Shown one piece after another: positions 46,662 to 55,645 of a DNA stretch of 64,000 nucleotides. Position 1 is the first letter of the stretch; every line of letters starts with the position of its first letter. The notes beneath the pieces are model-generated. The model saw only the letters and a program-made list of their open reading frames with translations, had not been told where the DNA came from and made no database searches. Made by a program: the position numbers and the translations under genes. The DNA is from a virus (lineage: Duplodnaviria; Caudoviricetes), in the IMG/VR virus record IMGVR_UViG_3300033121_001944, positions 1 to 64,000 of that record; one strand, written 5' to 3'.

Positions 46662-48229
46662 GCTAGATAGTCCTCTGGCTGAATTTGCTCCAAACCGCAT
46701 CGAACACGTTCGCACCAGTTCATATGTTCTACCATTCCTTTATATTTCTCAATAATACTTTGTGGAGTTACTGCAGCCATTGTTTTGCCTTTTAGCTCGT
46801 ATTGGCAATTCAAAGACTTAATGTTAAGTAAGTTAAATACATTCCAGCTAATATCTGGGATATGCGAAGTCATAGCATGGATAAATTGAGTAACACTCAT
46901 CTCGCCAGAAAGCTCTGGGAACGAATATTGTCTAAAAGAGGCTGTCCAGCTTCTCTTGGGCATATCCGCCTTATCTAAAGCCATAATCCACTTATCAATA
47001 ATAAGTTGCCAAGTATATTTCTGTAACACTACAGCCCTACTATTTACTACCGGCTTACGTAGGGCGTGATCTACCATGACTTCTGCCCATAACTCAATAT
47101 TTTGAGTAGCTCGCTTAGCGTCAATATTATGCTCAAGCGTCACGGCTGCTGGCTTAACTGGGGTCCCGCCAAACTCCCTTACTAGCTCTGACATTGCAGA
47201 ATAATCGGTCGCCATAATGGGGATATTACTAGCGGCAGCCTCAATTTGAGGATAGCCCAGTCCCTCACAAGTACATGGCTGAACATAATAGTCCATTATA
47301 TTATAGACCTCATTGAGTAATACGTCGGGAGGAGAAAAAATGACGTTAGGTGAGAATGCACTCATATCTTGACCTAGAGGAGAATAACATCTCTCCCCCT
47401 TGAATGTAGAAAAGAAAATACCATTCGTTTTTCTACAGTGGTAAGTGAAGAGCACCTTATTAATTACGCCATGCTCTAGCAGTAGTGGGATAAGGTTCCA
47501 CCCCTGGTCTACAAAGCTCGTATGTAAAAGTAGATAGGACCGGGCGGCAATTTCTGGAGGAGCCATTTTCAAGTAAAGAGAAAAGCTCTCAATGATGTCG
47601 GGGAACCGCTTCCGCATTTGATTGCGGGCAACGAAACCAAAAATGATAGCATTTTCAGGTAAATTATACTTTCTGCGTAAAGCTGACTTATCAAGTGGGC
47701 GCATGATATTTGGGTCAATACCCATCCCAATAGAGCCAATAGCTGGTATATTTTGTTCTCGTAAATACTCTGCAGCCCAATCTGTGTACGTATACACGCT
47801 ATCAGCTTTAGCGATGATTTGCAAGAAATCTGTCCGTTGAGGAAGAGAGTCAACTGTAGGAGATATCATCCAGTGATAGTATGGACGAAGTGGACACGTC
47901 TGTTCGTGAGCAAATTGCCAAGGATCAGCAGAGGAAACAACATGTGTTGGTTTATAGTGTAGGCAAACCTTATCCCATCTCCATACGCCATATTCATTGA
48001 ATGGATTTGACGCAAACTCCTTGAAGCGGGGATCTGTTGGTTGAACGTTTGTCGGGTAATATTTCCAGGGGACTTTATCTTTTTGTGAAATGTCGCCGCC
48101 AAACCCTACTTCTGCCACTGACTCAAAAAGACCTGAATCCATCAAGCCCTTTAGGAGGTTCCTCTTGTAAACAGCGAATCCGCTATTTGCAGTTGAGGTA
48201 TCACCTCCGATGATGATACGTTTTCCCAT
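46658..48229 (-). CDS. GT4-family (GT-B) glycosyltransferase
   Basis: SGFAVY..NL, FGFVARNQMRKRFP.IIE.F, VYNIMDYYVQP..CEGLGYPQIEAAA..IP..ATDYSAMSE (EX7E). Confidence 0.88.
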   Translation of the reverse strand: MGKRIIIGGDTSTANSGFAVYKRNLLKGLMDSGLFESVAEVGFGGDISQKDKVPWKYYPTNVQPTDPRFKEFASNPFNEYGVWRWDKVCLHYKPTHVVSSADPWQFAHEQTCPLRPYYHWMISPTVDSLPQRTDFLQIIAKADSVYTYTDWAAEYLREQNIPAIGSIGMGIDPNIMRPLDKSALRRKYNLPENAIIFGFVARNQMRKRFPDIIESFSLYLKMAPPEIAARSYLLLHTSFVDQGWNLIPLLLEHGVINKVLFTYHCRKTNGIFFSTFKGERCYSPLGQDMSAFSPNVIFSPPDVLLNEVYNIMDYYVQPCTCEGLGYPQIEAAASNIPIMATDYSAMSELVREFGGTPVKPAAVTLEHNIDAKRATQNIELWAEVMVDHALRKPVVNSRAVVLQKYTWQLIIDKWIMALDKADMPKRSWTASFRQYSFPELSGEMSVTQFIHAMTSHIPDISWNVFNLLNIKSLNCQYELKGKTMAAVTPQSIIEKYKGMVEHMNWCERVRCGLEQIQPEDYLA

Positions 48230-48231
48230 TA

Positions 48232-49872
48232 CTAGATCTGTTGAATCCTATTAATTAATAGCGAGCCTTCTCGCCCCTTATTGCCTCGCGAGCCCATTAC
48301 GAGGACTTTATTGCCTTGAAAAAGTTTAGAGCGAAACTCTAACCACACTTCAGGAAATGCGGTCGCGCTCAGCTTTTGGGTCCCATCTTTCAGTTCTATA
48401 AAAGCCATTTCTCTACCAGCATCTTTACCTTTGGTAAGATACAACTTAACATTATTGATTGTAGCAGCAATTCTGTATTCGTCAAGCTTTTTCTTTTCAA
48501 GAAACTCTTCACATGTACAGTTTGCAACTTCTCCCCCGTCTACCTCTGAGCAGGTGAAGGCGTATCCTAAAAAGTGGTTTTCCCACTCAAATAATTTGCT
48601 CTTAGGGTCCATCATAGAAATCGGCGGCTTTTCTAGCTGGCTGGCAATCTGCATAACTTTATTTAAGGTGACCTGGGTAGCGCAAAGCTTGCCCTTCCCC
48701 TTACCCATATGAGCGACCTCTCTTAAGGCATCTAAAAACGACCCTTTATAATCTCTGACAAATTCCTTAATGCCCTCATTGAGCTTACCAAATTTATCTG
48801 ATTCATACAGCATTTTTGTGCGGGTCTTACCAATGTAGTCGATAGCTCCGCTCTTTATTAGAGCCTCTGCCGCGTCTGATGAGGTATGGTCTAAATGCCA
48901 CATCATTTCATTCCAAGTGCTGCCGCTGCTGGCAATATATTCATGTCCATTAAAGGACTCCCAGAATTTAGCCAATTTGGTAGCCCCGACACTTTTAATG
49001 CGGGCTAGACCAAAATGAATCGTACCTTTCTCAAGTGAGAAATCTGCATTGCGCACCCTCAGGTCCGGCTTTACAATCTTCACTTTAAAATTTAAGGCAT
49101 CATCTATAACGGCACCAATATCTTCAATAGTCTTAGCGTGCTCTAGTTCAGATAGGAAAAATACGCGGGGAAAATGAGCTTTTGGATAAGCTGAGAAATA
49201 GAGGGCGTCCAGAGAATAGGCAAGCGAATGGCTTTTATTAAAACTGTAACGTTGCCCCGCCTCGATAATAGAAAATATAGCTTCTGCCTCCTCTTGGGTC
49301 AGCTTTGCATGAGATTTACACCCGTCTATGAATTTATTTTTAAACTTAGCCATTAGTTCTGGCAGTTTCTTAGCACATGCCTTTAGTAGGGCGTAAGACT
49401 CACTTCCATTAAACCCCGCCAACTCCGTAGCGATCTTCATGTAGTCTTCTTGGTAGAGTCCTAAGCCGTACCCATCTTTTAGAATTTCTGACAAACTAGG
49501 GTGAATTGGAACTACTGCATCCACCCCGTTCTTTCTGTCAATATAGTGCTTTTTAAGAGTTTTACCGTCCATTTCGGCATCTCCCACGCCGGGGCGGATA
49601 ATAGAAATGACGTCGCTCAACTCTTCTTCCGTGATCGGTTTGCACTGATAGGCGGCATTCTGACCGAGAGGGGTCTCCAATTGGAAAACCCCTTTTGTCA
49701 AGCCGGTAGAAATAAGTCCCCAAATACGGGGGCATCTAATATTGGCTTTTTCCGGTTCGTAATTAACGCCAATGATCTCGCCATCTTTTTCGGCGACTTC
49801 CCATTGGCAACCACAATCAAACGTCTTTAAGTACCTGCGGACGCCATGTAACTCTTGGTGCGACTCGTTCAT
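48232..49872 (-). CDS. dnaE: DNA polymerase III alpha, C-terminal half (fingers, HhH, OB)
   Basis: TKGVFQLE, LYQED.M.IA..LAGF, YSFNKSHSLAY, IHFGLARIKSVG, E...LGY and MAF.EL.DGT OB motifs. Confidence 0.92.
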   Translation of the reverse strand: MNESHQELHGVRRYLKTFDCGCQWEVAEKDGEIIGVNYEPEKANIRCPRIWGLISTGLTKGVFQLETPLGQNAAYQCKPITEEELSDVISIIRPGVGDAEMDGKTLKKHYIDRKNGVDAVVPIHPSLSEILKDGYGLGLYQEDYMKIATELAGFNGSESYALLKACAKKLPELMAKFKNKFIDGCKSHAKLTQEEAEAIFSIIEAGQRYSFNKSHSLAYSLDALYFSAYPKAHFPRVFFLSELEHAKTIEDIGAVIDDALNFKVKIVKPDLRVRNADFSLEKGTIHFGLARIKSVGATKLAKFWESFNGHEYIASSGSTWNEMMWHLDHTSSDAAEALIKSGAIDYIGKTRTKMLYESDKFGKLNEGIKEFVRDYKGSFLDALREVAHMGKGKGKLCATQVTLNKVMQIASQLEKPPISMMDPKSKLFEWENHFLGYAFTCSEVDGGEVANCTCEEFLEKKKLDEYRIAATINNVKLYLTKGKDAGREMAFIELKDGTQKLSATAFPEVWLEFRSKLFQGNKVLVMGSRGNKGREGSLLINRIQQI

Positions 49873-50500
49873 AAATTCCTAGAAACCTTTTAATAATGTC
49901 GGCACAGTCTATAACGTCTTTTTTAGCGTCGTGAGCACCAAATTTATCAATGCCGAAGAAGTCTCGCAAGCTATCTAAACTTAAGCTTTTTGGGCGATCA
50001 TCAGCCCACATAAACCATTGGGTAGACAGATCTAGTAGGTCAACAACCTCATTTTCTCGCTTGCTAAATGGGATCTTCTTCTTGAATTTCTCATTATAGC
50101 GAGCTGTAATCGGTAGGTCAAATCCGCGAATGTTTTGTCCGCCAGCCATTGGGGTTTCGTCAAATTTACTACTTTTAGCATAACTCTTGACGTATTTATA
50201 GAATTCATCCCAAGCTTCCTTTTCTGGGACCCCTTGGAGCCATCGCTCGTGAACTTCACTTGCGGTACACCGCTGATGTTTAGAGTGCCACTCTATCGTT
50301 TGTTGATGAGCGGCAAAGTATCCTTCTTGATCAGCATCATCTGGACGAACATCTATATTAAAGACTTCGTCCACTAGAATGTCAAGATTCCTCAGGTCCA
50401 TTGGGACTGCCGCTATCTGGACTATCCCCAATTGGTTGATCTTGTCCGGCGACCAGTCCGTCTCGTAATCGAACACTATCAAATAACGATTCCTGCTCAT
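49817..50500 (-). CDS. dnaQ: DnaQ-like DEDDh 3'-5' exonuclease
   Basis: IVFDYET, IVQIAA, GQNIRGFDLPI, LSL..LR.FFGI, AHDA..DV motifs. Confidence 0.88.
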   Translation of the reverse strand: MSRNRYLIVFDYETDWSPDKINQLGIVQIAAVPMDLRNLDILVDEVFNIDVRPDDADQEGYFAAHQQTIEWHSKHQRCTASEVHERWLQGVPEKEAWDEFYKYVKSYAKSSKFDETPMAGGQNIRGFDLPITARYNEKFKKKIPFSKRENEVVDLLDLSTQWFMWADDRPKSLSLDSLRDFFGIDKFGAHDAKKDVIDCADIIKRFLGIYERVAPRVTWRPQVLKDV

Positions 50501-50690
50501 TCAAATCTTCTTTCTTTTTCTTTTTCTTGGGTTTATCAATCTTCTCAACGAACATCATGGTGGGGAACTCTCGCGCCTCACCTGTATGGCAGTTTTCGCA
50601 AATCCCTTTACGCTTATCTTTTAGAATAAAATCGTTATCGCCAAGTCGGAAGTAATCTCCGACGTTTAACATACATAACCTAGGCTTCAA
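50382..50690 (-). CDS. Small beta-barrel hypothetical protein (paralog of 50680-50862)
   Basis: L..LNVGDYFRLG..DFILK...N...F....VEK; the 3' part overlaps dnaQ. Confidence 0.55.
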   Translation of the reverse strand: MKPRLCMLNVGDYFRLGDNDFILKDKRKGICENCHTGEAREFPTMMFVEKIDKPKKKKKKEDLNEQESLFDSVRLRDGLVAGQDQPIGDSPDSGSPNGPEES

Positions 50691-50862
50691 GTTTTTCTAC
50701 CTCCTGATTGGCATCGAACGTTTTCTTGACATCTAAGTTTCCGTCAACATGAGCGTTATAAAGGATCTTGCAACAGCTCTTCTTAACGGGAACAACTTTG
50801 ATCCAAGTCAGTCCGTCATATTTAAATTTTGCACCCAGAGCGATAGAACTAAAACGCACCAT
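50680..50862 (-). CDS. Small beta-barrel hypothetical protein
   Basis: FSSIALGAKFKYDG..WIK...NA...F....VEK; coupled to the dnaE-N stop. Confidence 0.6.
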   Translation of the reverse strand: MVRFSSIALGAKFKYDGLTWIKVVPVKKSCCKILYNAHVDGNLDVKKTFDANQEVEKLEA

Positions 50863-52510
50863 TTTTAAGTCTCCTTCTGATATAATCAGCTTTATCTAAG
50901 AGGTCCAACCCGAGTAAATCTAGCTTTACAAGCCCAAGCTTTTCAGCATCATCCATATTTACGCCAACGACATATCTGCCCGCTGAAACGTCCCATATGA
51001 GTGGGGCTTTCTTGTAGATCGGCTCGTTAGCTAGAGCGTAAGCACTCGCATGGCGCCCCCTACCTTGGATAACCTTATCTATCGCGATGGCGGCTTGAAA
51101 CTCTTGACCGTACGGTCCATCAAATTCCTTGCTACACCACTGGGCAAATTCTTCCATATTATTAATACACCACAGAATGAGAGAGTCGGTGCCTGTCTCA
51201 TCCTTCTGGACCTTCAGCTCTGGGGCGATTTTTGCCTCGGGAGGCATTTTCTTCGTGATAAAATTCTGTTCAGAAGCATCAACCCCTAGTGCCCTAAATA
51301 CCGTTTTGAGACCAGCCGCCCCTTTTAATGTGTTAAATGTGGCAAGTTGAGCGAATCTCTCTGGTCCATACTTACTCTCGATATAAGCGATAATGTCATC
51401 TCGTTTAGATGGGGGGACGTCCGTATCGATATCTGGCAACCCGCCACGGTCGGCGCTATAAAACCGCTCAAATAGGAGGTTATACTTGATGGGGTCCACA
51501 TTAGTGATCCCAGTTAAATAAGATGTTAGGCAGCCCCCAGCACTTCCTCGTCCCACCCCCACGAGAATGCCTTGAGACTTAGCCCACCTAATAATGTCCT
51601 GCATAATGACGAAATAGCCAGAAATATCGGCTTTAGCTATGACGTCTAACTCTAGCTTAATCCGATCAATATATTCTTGAGAATTCAGCCCCTTCGACTT
51701 ATAGCCGTCACGGCAAAGCTGTCGCAAATAATCTTCCTGGCTAACCCCCTTTGGCGTGTCGAAGTGGGGCAGCTCTTGCTTATATGTAATGGAAAACTCT
51801 TCGATCTGACTATAAATCTTGCCAGTATTATCAATCTCTTCCTGAGAGAGCCCCCGCGATCTAAGATCTTCCTCCGTTAGGATATAGTAAACATTCTCTG
51901 AGAATAAGCGATGCGACGACCCTTTGATTGTAGTCTTTAAATAGTTTGCAAATAAATATTGGTTGATGTGCCACTGGCTGGGTTTCAAATAATGGTTGGG
52001 GGAAATAGCAACCTTTGGGAGGCAGGACTTTCTTAATTCGTCAAATTTCTCGGGGTACGAGATCGGGTCCAGCCCAATGAAAACATCTCCCTTATCGCAA
52101 TGACGCTCAAAGATGTCAACGAACTTATCTCTAATAACGACAATTAGGTTGCCGCGTAACCTCTGAATAAATTCAAAGGCGTCCATCCTGGGTCCCATTT
52201 TGTAGTTAGCTGGGTCATTTGCTTTATACACTATATATAATAGCTCTTCCCACCCAGCTTTATTTTTGGCATAGACGTTCACATACGTTTCCTCTTCTCC
52301 ACCTATAAGCTTGAGCTGCATCCCTAGCATGGGCTTCAGACCCGCTTTCTTCATGGCAGAGTCGTATTTAACACACATAAATAATTGGTCTACATCAGCC
52401 AGCCCGATAGATAGATAGCCAGCTTCCTTAGCGAACTGTGCGACCTCGTCTGGGAAGATCTGAGAGACGAGTGGCGTGCCGTGTGTTAAACACATCAAGG
52501 GAACGTACAT
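50849..52510 (-). CDS. dnaE: DNA polymerase III alpha, N-terminal half (degenerate PHP, palm, thumb)
   Basis: YF.I.QDII.WAK, GVGRGSAGG.L..YL.GIT.VDP, LFERF, PDIDTD, GRHAS, GLVKLDLLGL. Confidence 0.95.
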   Translation of the reverse strand: MYVPLMCLTHGTPLVSQIFPDEVAQFAKEAGYLSIGLADVDQLFMCVKYDSAMKKAGLKPMLGMQLKLIGGEEETYVNVYAKNKAGWEELLYIVYKANDPANYKMGPRMDAFEFIQRLRGNLIVVIRDKFVDIFERHCDKGDVFIGLDPISYPEKFDELRKSCLPKVAISPNHYLKPSQWHINQYLFANYLKTTIKGSSHRLFSENVYYILTEEDLRSRGLSQEEIDNTGKIYSQIEEFSITYKQELPHFDTPKGVSQEDYLRQLCRDGYKSKGLNSQEYIDRIKLELDVIAKADISGYFVIMQDIIRWAKSQGILVGVGRGSAGGCLTSYLTGITNVDPIKYNLLFERFYSADRGGLPDIDTDVPPSKRDDIIAYIESKYGPERFAQLATFNTLKGAAGLKTVFRALGVDASEQNFITKKMPPEAKIAPELKVQKDETGTDSLILWCINNMEEFAQWCSKEFDGPYGQEFQAAIAIDKVIQGRGRHASAYALANEPIYKKAPLIWDVSAGRYVVGVNMDDAEKLGLVKLDLLGLDLLDKADYIRRRLKNGAF

Positions 52511-52520
52511 TGATCAATCC

Positions 52521-52922
52521 TTAAAACGGGATATCTGCGTCTAGCTCTTCATCAATTGCGACTGGAGTATCCTCTAGTGTCTTACGAGACACCTTTCCTC
52601 CTCCACCACCGCTAGAACCAGAAGATACCTTCTTATAGTCATTTACCTGAACGGTAAGGTATTGCTTGCTCTTATACTCCCGAAAATGGAGCGCGCCAGT
52701 TACGAACACTAGGTCTCCATCGCTCAAGATTTTGGCGGCAGTTTCACCTCTCTTGCCCCAGACTGACAAGGTCATCTCTACTGGATCGTCGCTGTCCTTG
52801 TAAGACCAAGCGTGAGTGGCTGATAGTTCTGTGACTGTACTAGAGCCTACCTCCCTCTCCTTCGCATTCCCATTAATCCTAAAAAGCCCATTAAATGAAT
52901 TACACACTTTTAGCTCTCCCAT
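52521..52922 (-). CDS. ssb: Single-stranded DNA-binding protein
   Basis: OB fold (SVWGK.GE....L..GD.V.V.G.L), Gly linker, acidic tail ending DIPF. Confidence 0.88.
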   Translation of the reverse strand: MGELKVCNSFNGLFRINGNAKEREVGSSTVTELSATHAWSYKDSDDPVEMTLSVWGKRGETAAKILSDGDLVFVTGALHFREYKSKQYLTVQVNDYKKVSSGSSGGGGGKVSRKTLEDTPVAIDEELDADIPF

Positions 52923-53913
52923 TTTCTATTGTGGATTCTAGTCCACGGTAATCAAGAAAAACTTTAACGCTATCACAAACACATGCTTTACCATCTACAT
53001 CGTCAAAATGTGGATTAGTGAGCTTTGTATGAGAAATATTTAAGTCAGAACGTCCCCAGCTCTCAAAATTAGTCTTCTTAAAGGGACACATATTACATTT
53101 CCAAGTATAGCGTGGCTGAGGCTTTCGCATACCCTTAATCCGAGAAATTGTTGCTTCAACCTTCTCCATCAAGTGAGATTCCTGTTCACGACTAAAGATA
53201 TGTGTGAATGCCTTACCCACTTTAACAAACCAAAGATTTGCTACAATATCTTCTTCGTCTGGAAAATGGTGGCGTAGAGCCCAATAATACATGCAGAGCT
53301 GAGTATCGTAGATAAGGTGGGCTGTATCTTTTTCCTTATCGGTTGCCCAATCTTTTGTAGATGAGCCAAATTTATAATCAATAAAGTTCAGCGTGCCTCG
53401 CTTGTCTCGAAATACAAGATCGATAAAGCCGTTAAGCTGGATATTCCCCCCTTCAATTTCTCCATCTGTAAGGTAAGAGTATTTAGCCCAAGACTTATTA
53501 ATCGGAAGAAAAAAGTCGCTCTCTGGCTGAATAACCTCTTTATGGTTTTCTGGAAAAAGGCGGTGAGCTTGAGCTTTACGTATATTTGAGCAAACTTCCC
53601 TATAGTCTTTATCTGTAAAAGTTAGGTGTGATTCAAGCTTCGTATAATATTCATAAATAATATCTGTCCATTTTTGGATATCGTAGTCAGCTTTAATGTC
53701 GCCAACTATTTCGTCCTCTAAATGGGTCAGCCCCCCTTGCCTAACTAATTTAGATTTAGCTATACACTCTAGTACATAATGGCAAATAGTGCCTAATACT
53801 GCCGCTCTACCTGATGGTTCGCGGTAACCTAATGTATATTGCAAAAACCACTTTAATTCGCAAGAGTCGAATGTATTAATCGAGCTTGCACTTAACTTTT
53901 TTAACTTAATCAT
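52900..53913 (-). CDS. RecB/Cas4-like PD-(D/E)XK exonuclease
   Basis: LSASSI..F..C..KW, GT..H..LE, GFIDLV, IDYK, QL..Y, C..CPF. Confidence 0.85.
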   Translation of the reverse strand: MIKLKKLSASSINTFDSCELKWFLQYTLGYREPSGRAAVLGTICHYVLECIAKSKLVRQGGLTHLEDEIVGDIKADYDIQKWTDIIYEYYTKLESHLTFTDKDYREVCSNIRKAQAHRLFPENHKEVIQPESDFFLPINKSWAKYSYLTDGEIEGGNIQLNGFIDLVFRDKRGTLNFIDYKFGSSTKDWATDKEKDTAHLIYDTQLCMYYWALRHHFPDEEDIVANLWFVKVGKAFTHIFSREQESHLMEKVEATISRIKGMRKPQPRYTWKCNMCPFKKTNFESWGRSDLNISHTKLTNPHFDDVDGKACVCDSVKVFLDYRGLESTIENGRAKSV

Positions 53914-54737
53914 TTAATCTTTGAAAAAACCTCTAGTTCCTTTAATGACTCATAAAGAGTGCGGTTCAAACAGCGGACATCTTCACAATTTTGATTATCC
54001 ACGATAGCGTCCCATCTGTTAAAATCTACAAAACCGTTTTCGCTCGCATGCTCACCAGCATTTACCGGTACATGCTTATTTAAATAAATACAGAGACCGC
54101 CAGCCTCTTTAATTGCTGTCGCCTCATTATCGAATCGACAGTCGTAAACAATGGCGATCTTAGGGGCATCTCGCCGAATTTGGTTCATCAAATAATTGAT
54201 CCAGCAGTTCGAATGGATTTTGCGACAAACTTCTGTGCCAAAATATTGAAGTATATCCCTGATTGACATATAGCCGGGCTCATGATAATAGACTGAGAAC
54301 CCCTCATCTTTCATCCCGAGCAAGCTTTCTCTTTTCTCAACAAACTTTTTGGTGGCTTGAAAGAGGTCTTTTCTTGTCATAATGCCGGGCATATCTTGCC
54401 AGCGAATGTGCGTTAGCTTATTTTTATCGGCATCGCTACCGAACGCATCTTTAATATTTAGATTAAATAAATCACAAACGATATGTTTGAGACCATCTGC
54501 GAATCCATATAACTTAACAAATGATGGGGCAATATCGTTAACATGTACAGTTTTTCCATCTACTGAAATCGATCCATCTTCGTTAGATTTAAATTCTTCG
54601 ACATAGCCATGGGTTACTAGATTAATGCCCGCAATAAAATTAGCTGAAGCGTTTTTCCCTGACTTAATTCTGCCGCCTATTCCGATAAGTCGGCTAGTAT
54701 TGGCAAGACTCTCTCTTTGATGTGTTGAATCGGACAT
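53910..54737 (-). CDS. Deoxynucleoside monophosphate kinase
   Basis: IGIGGRIKSGK, FAD.LK, R.ILQ.FGTEV.R, W, DCRF.NE...I...GG, H.SE. Confidence 0.85.
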   Translation of the reverse strand: MSDSTHQRESLANTSRLIGIGGRIKSGKNASANFIAGINLVTHGYVEEFKSNEDGSISVDGKTVHVNDIAPSFVKLYGFADGLKHIVCDLFNLNIKDAFGSDADKNKLTHIRWQDMPGIMTRKDLFQATKKFVEKRESLLGMKDEGFSVYYHEPGYMSIRDILQYFGTEVCRKIHSNCWINYLMNQIRRDAPKIAIVYDCRFDNEATAIKEAGGLCIYLNKHVPVNAGEHASENGFVDFNRWDAIVDNQNCEDVRCLNRTLYESLKELEVFSKIK

Positions 54738-55645
54738 TCACCTAAATCCTCATAATCTATTTTTGGGATAATAATATTATATAAGCCCTTGAGCTTTTTT
54801 ACAATTCGTGCTGTGGCATTTTTTCCAGCTTCTCCATTGTCCATAGCTAACACTAAATTAAGAACGCCATAATGGCTGAGTAGCCTCATTTGCTCAAAGC
54901 TAATTTCTGTTCCAAATAAGGCGAGCCCGCAATGAATGCCAGCCTCTTCCAATCGCCAGATGTTTCCGGGGCTTTCTACTAAAATACAGGTATTTGTTTT
55001 TTCTATATGTTTTTTAGCAAACCAGCTATTGTAAAGAGTTTTATTTCTTTCAAAGTTACTGTGGAGCCATTTAATCTTACTTTTTCCAGTAATATCTCGC
55101 CCCGTATATCCAACAGCGAACTCATATTCTTCATCATAAATCGGAGCTACACACCTATTGTAAAAATCAGACTTCTTATTAGTGCATAATCCTATATCGT
55201 ATTTATCAAGAACTTCAGGCGTGTATCCTCGCCCCAAATAATAGTCTGCCGGAATATTTAGTCGCTTTCTAACCTGCTCTCTAGTCGCTTTAGGTGAATC
55301 TCTCTTATCATCTTTCAGGAAGAAGACGTTGTTAATGGAGTCAAACTCAATCTTGAATTTGCCACCTAGCAAATCATTGATAAACTGATGAGCCTCTCCA
55401 AAGGTAACTTCTTTACCAAGCTTTTTTTCAAGTAAGCAGCGTGTTAGCCCAAAAATTCCGGCGCCGTATTTCTCATGGCAGCCCAACGTGAAGCATCGCC
55501 ACGCGCCACTTTCTTTATAAACAGAAAAAGCTGTTTCGTTATCCCCATCATGTATTGGACAATTACAGCTATATCTATTGATATATTCTTTTGGCTCAAT
55601 ATTAAACGCTTTAAAAATGGCGTCAATTGCTTTGCTGTAATCCAT
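54677..55645 (-). CDS. dnaG: DNA primase (CHC2 Zn finger + TOPRIM)
   Basis: CPIH.GD...F......W.CF..GC; ILVESPGN; LAMDNGEAG. Confidence 0.8.
   Translation of the reverse strand: MDYSKAIDAIFKAFNIEPKEYINRYSCNCPIHDGDNETAFSVYKESGAWRCFTLGCHEKYGAGIFGLTRCLLEKKLGKEVTFGEAHQFINDLLGGKFKIEFDSINNVFFLKDDKRDSPKATREQVRKRLNIPADYYLGRGYTPEVLDKYDIGLCTNKKSDFYNRCVAPIYDEEYEFAVGYTGRDITGKSKIKWLHSNFERNKTLYNSWFAKKHIEKTNTCILVESPGNIWRLEEAGIHCGLALFGTEISFEQMRLLSHYGVLNLVLAMDNGEAGKNATARIVKKLKGLYNIIIPKIDYEDLGECPIQHIKERVLPILADLSE

Noticed and set aside
48232-52510. Split intein or group I intron explanation for the split dnaE
   Set aside because: No intein terminal motifs or intron P/Q/R/S-like elements were seen. The intervening DNA is fully occupied by coupled genes, and the C-half has its own SD and ATG.
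52900-53913. CRISPR-Cas association of the Cas4-like nuclease
   Set aside because: No repeats-spacers or other cas genes; the context (SSB, kinase) fits a recombination exonuclease.
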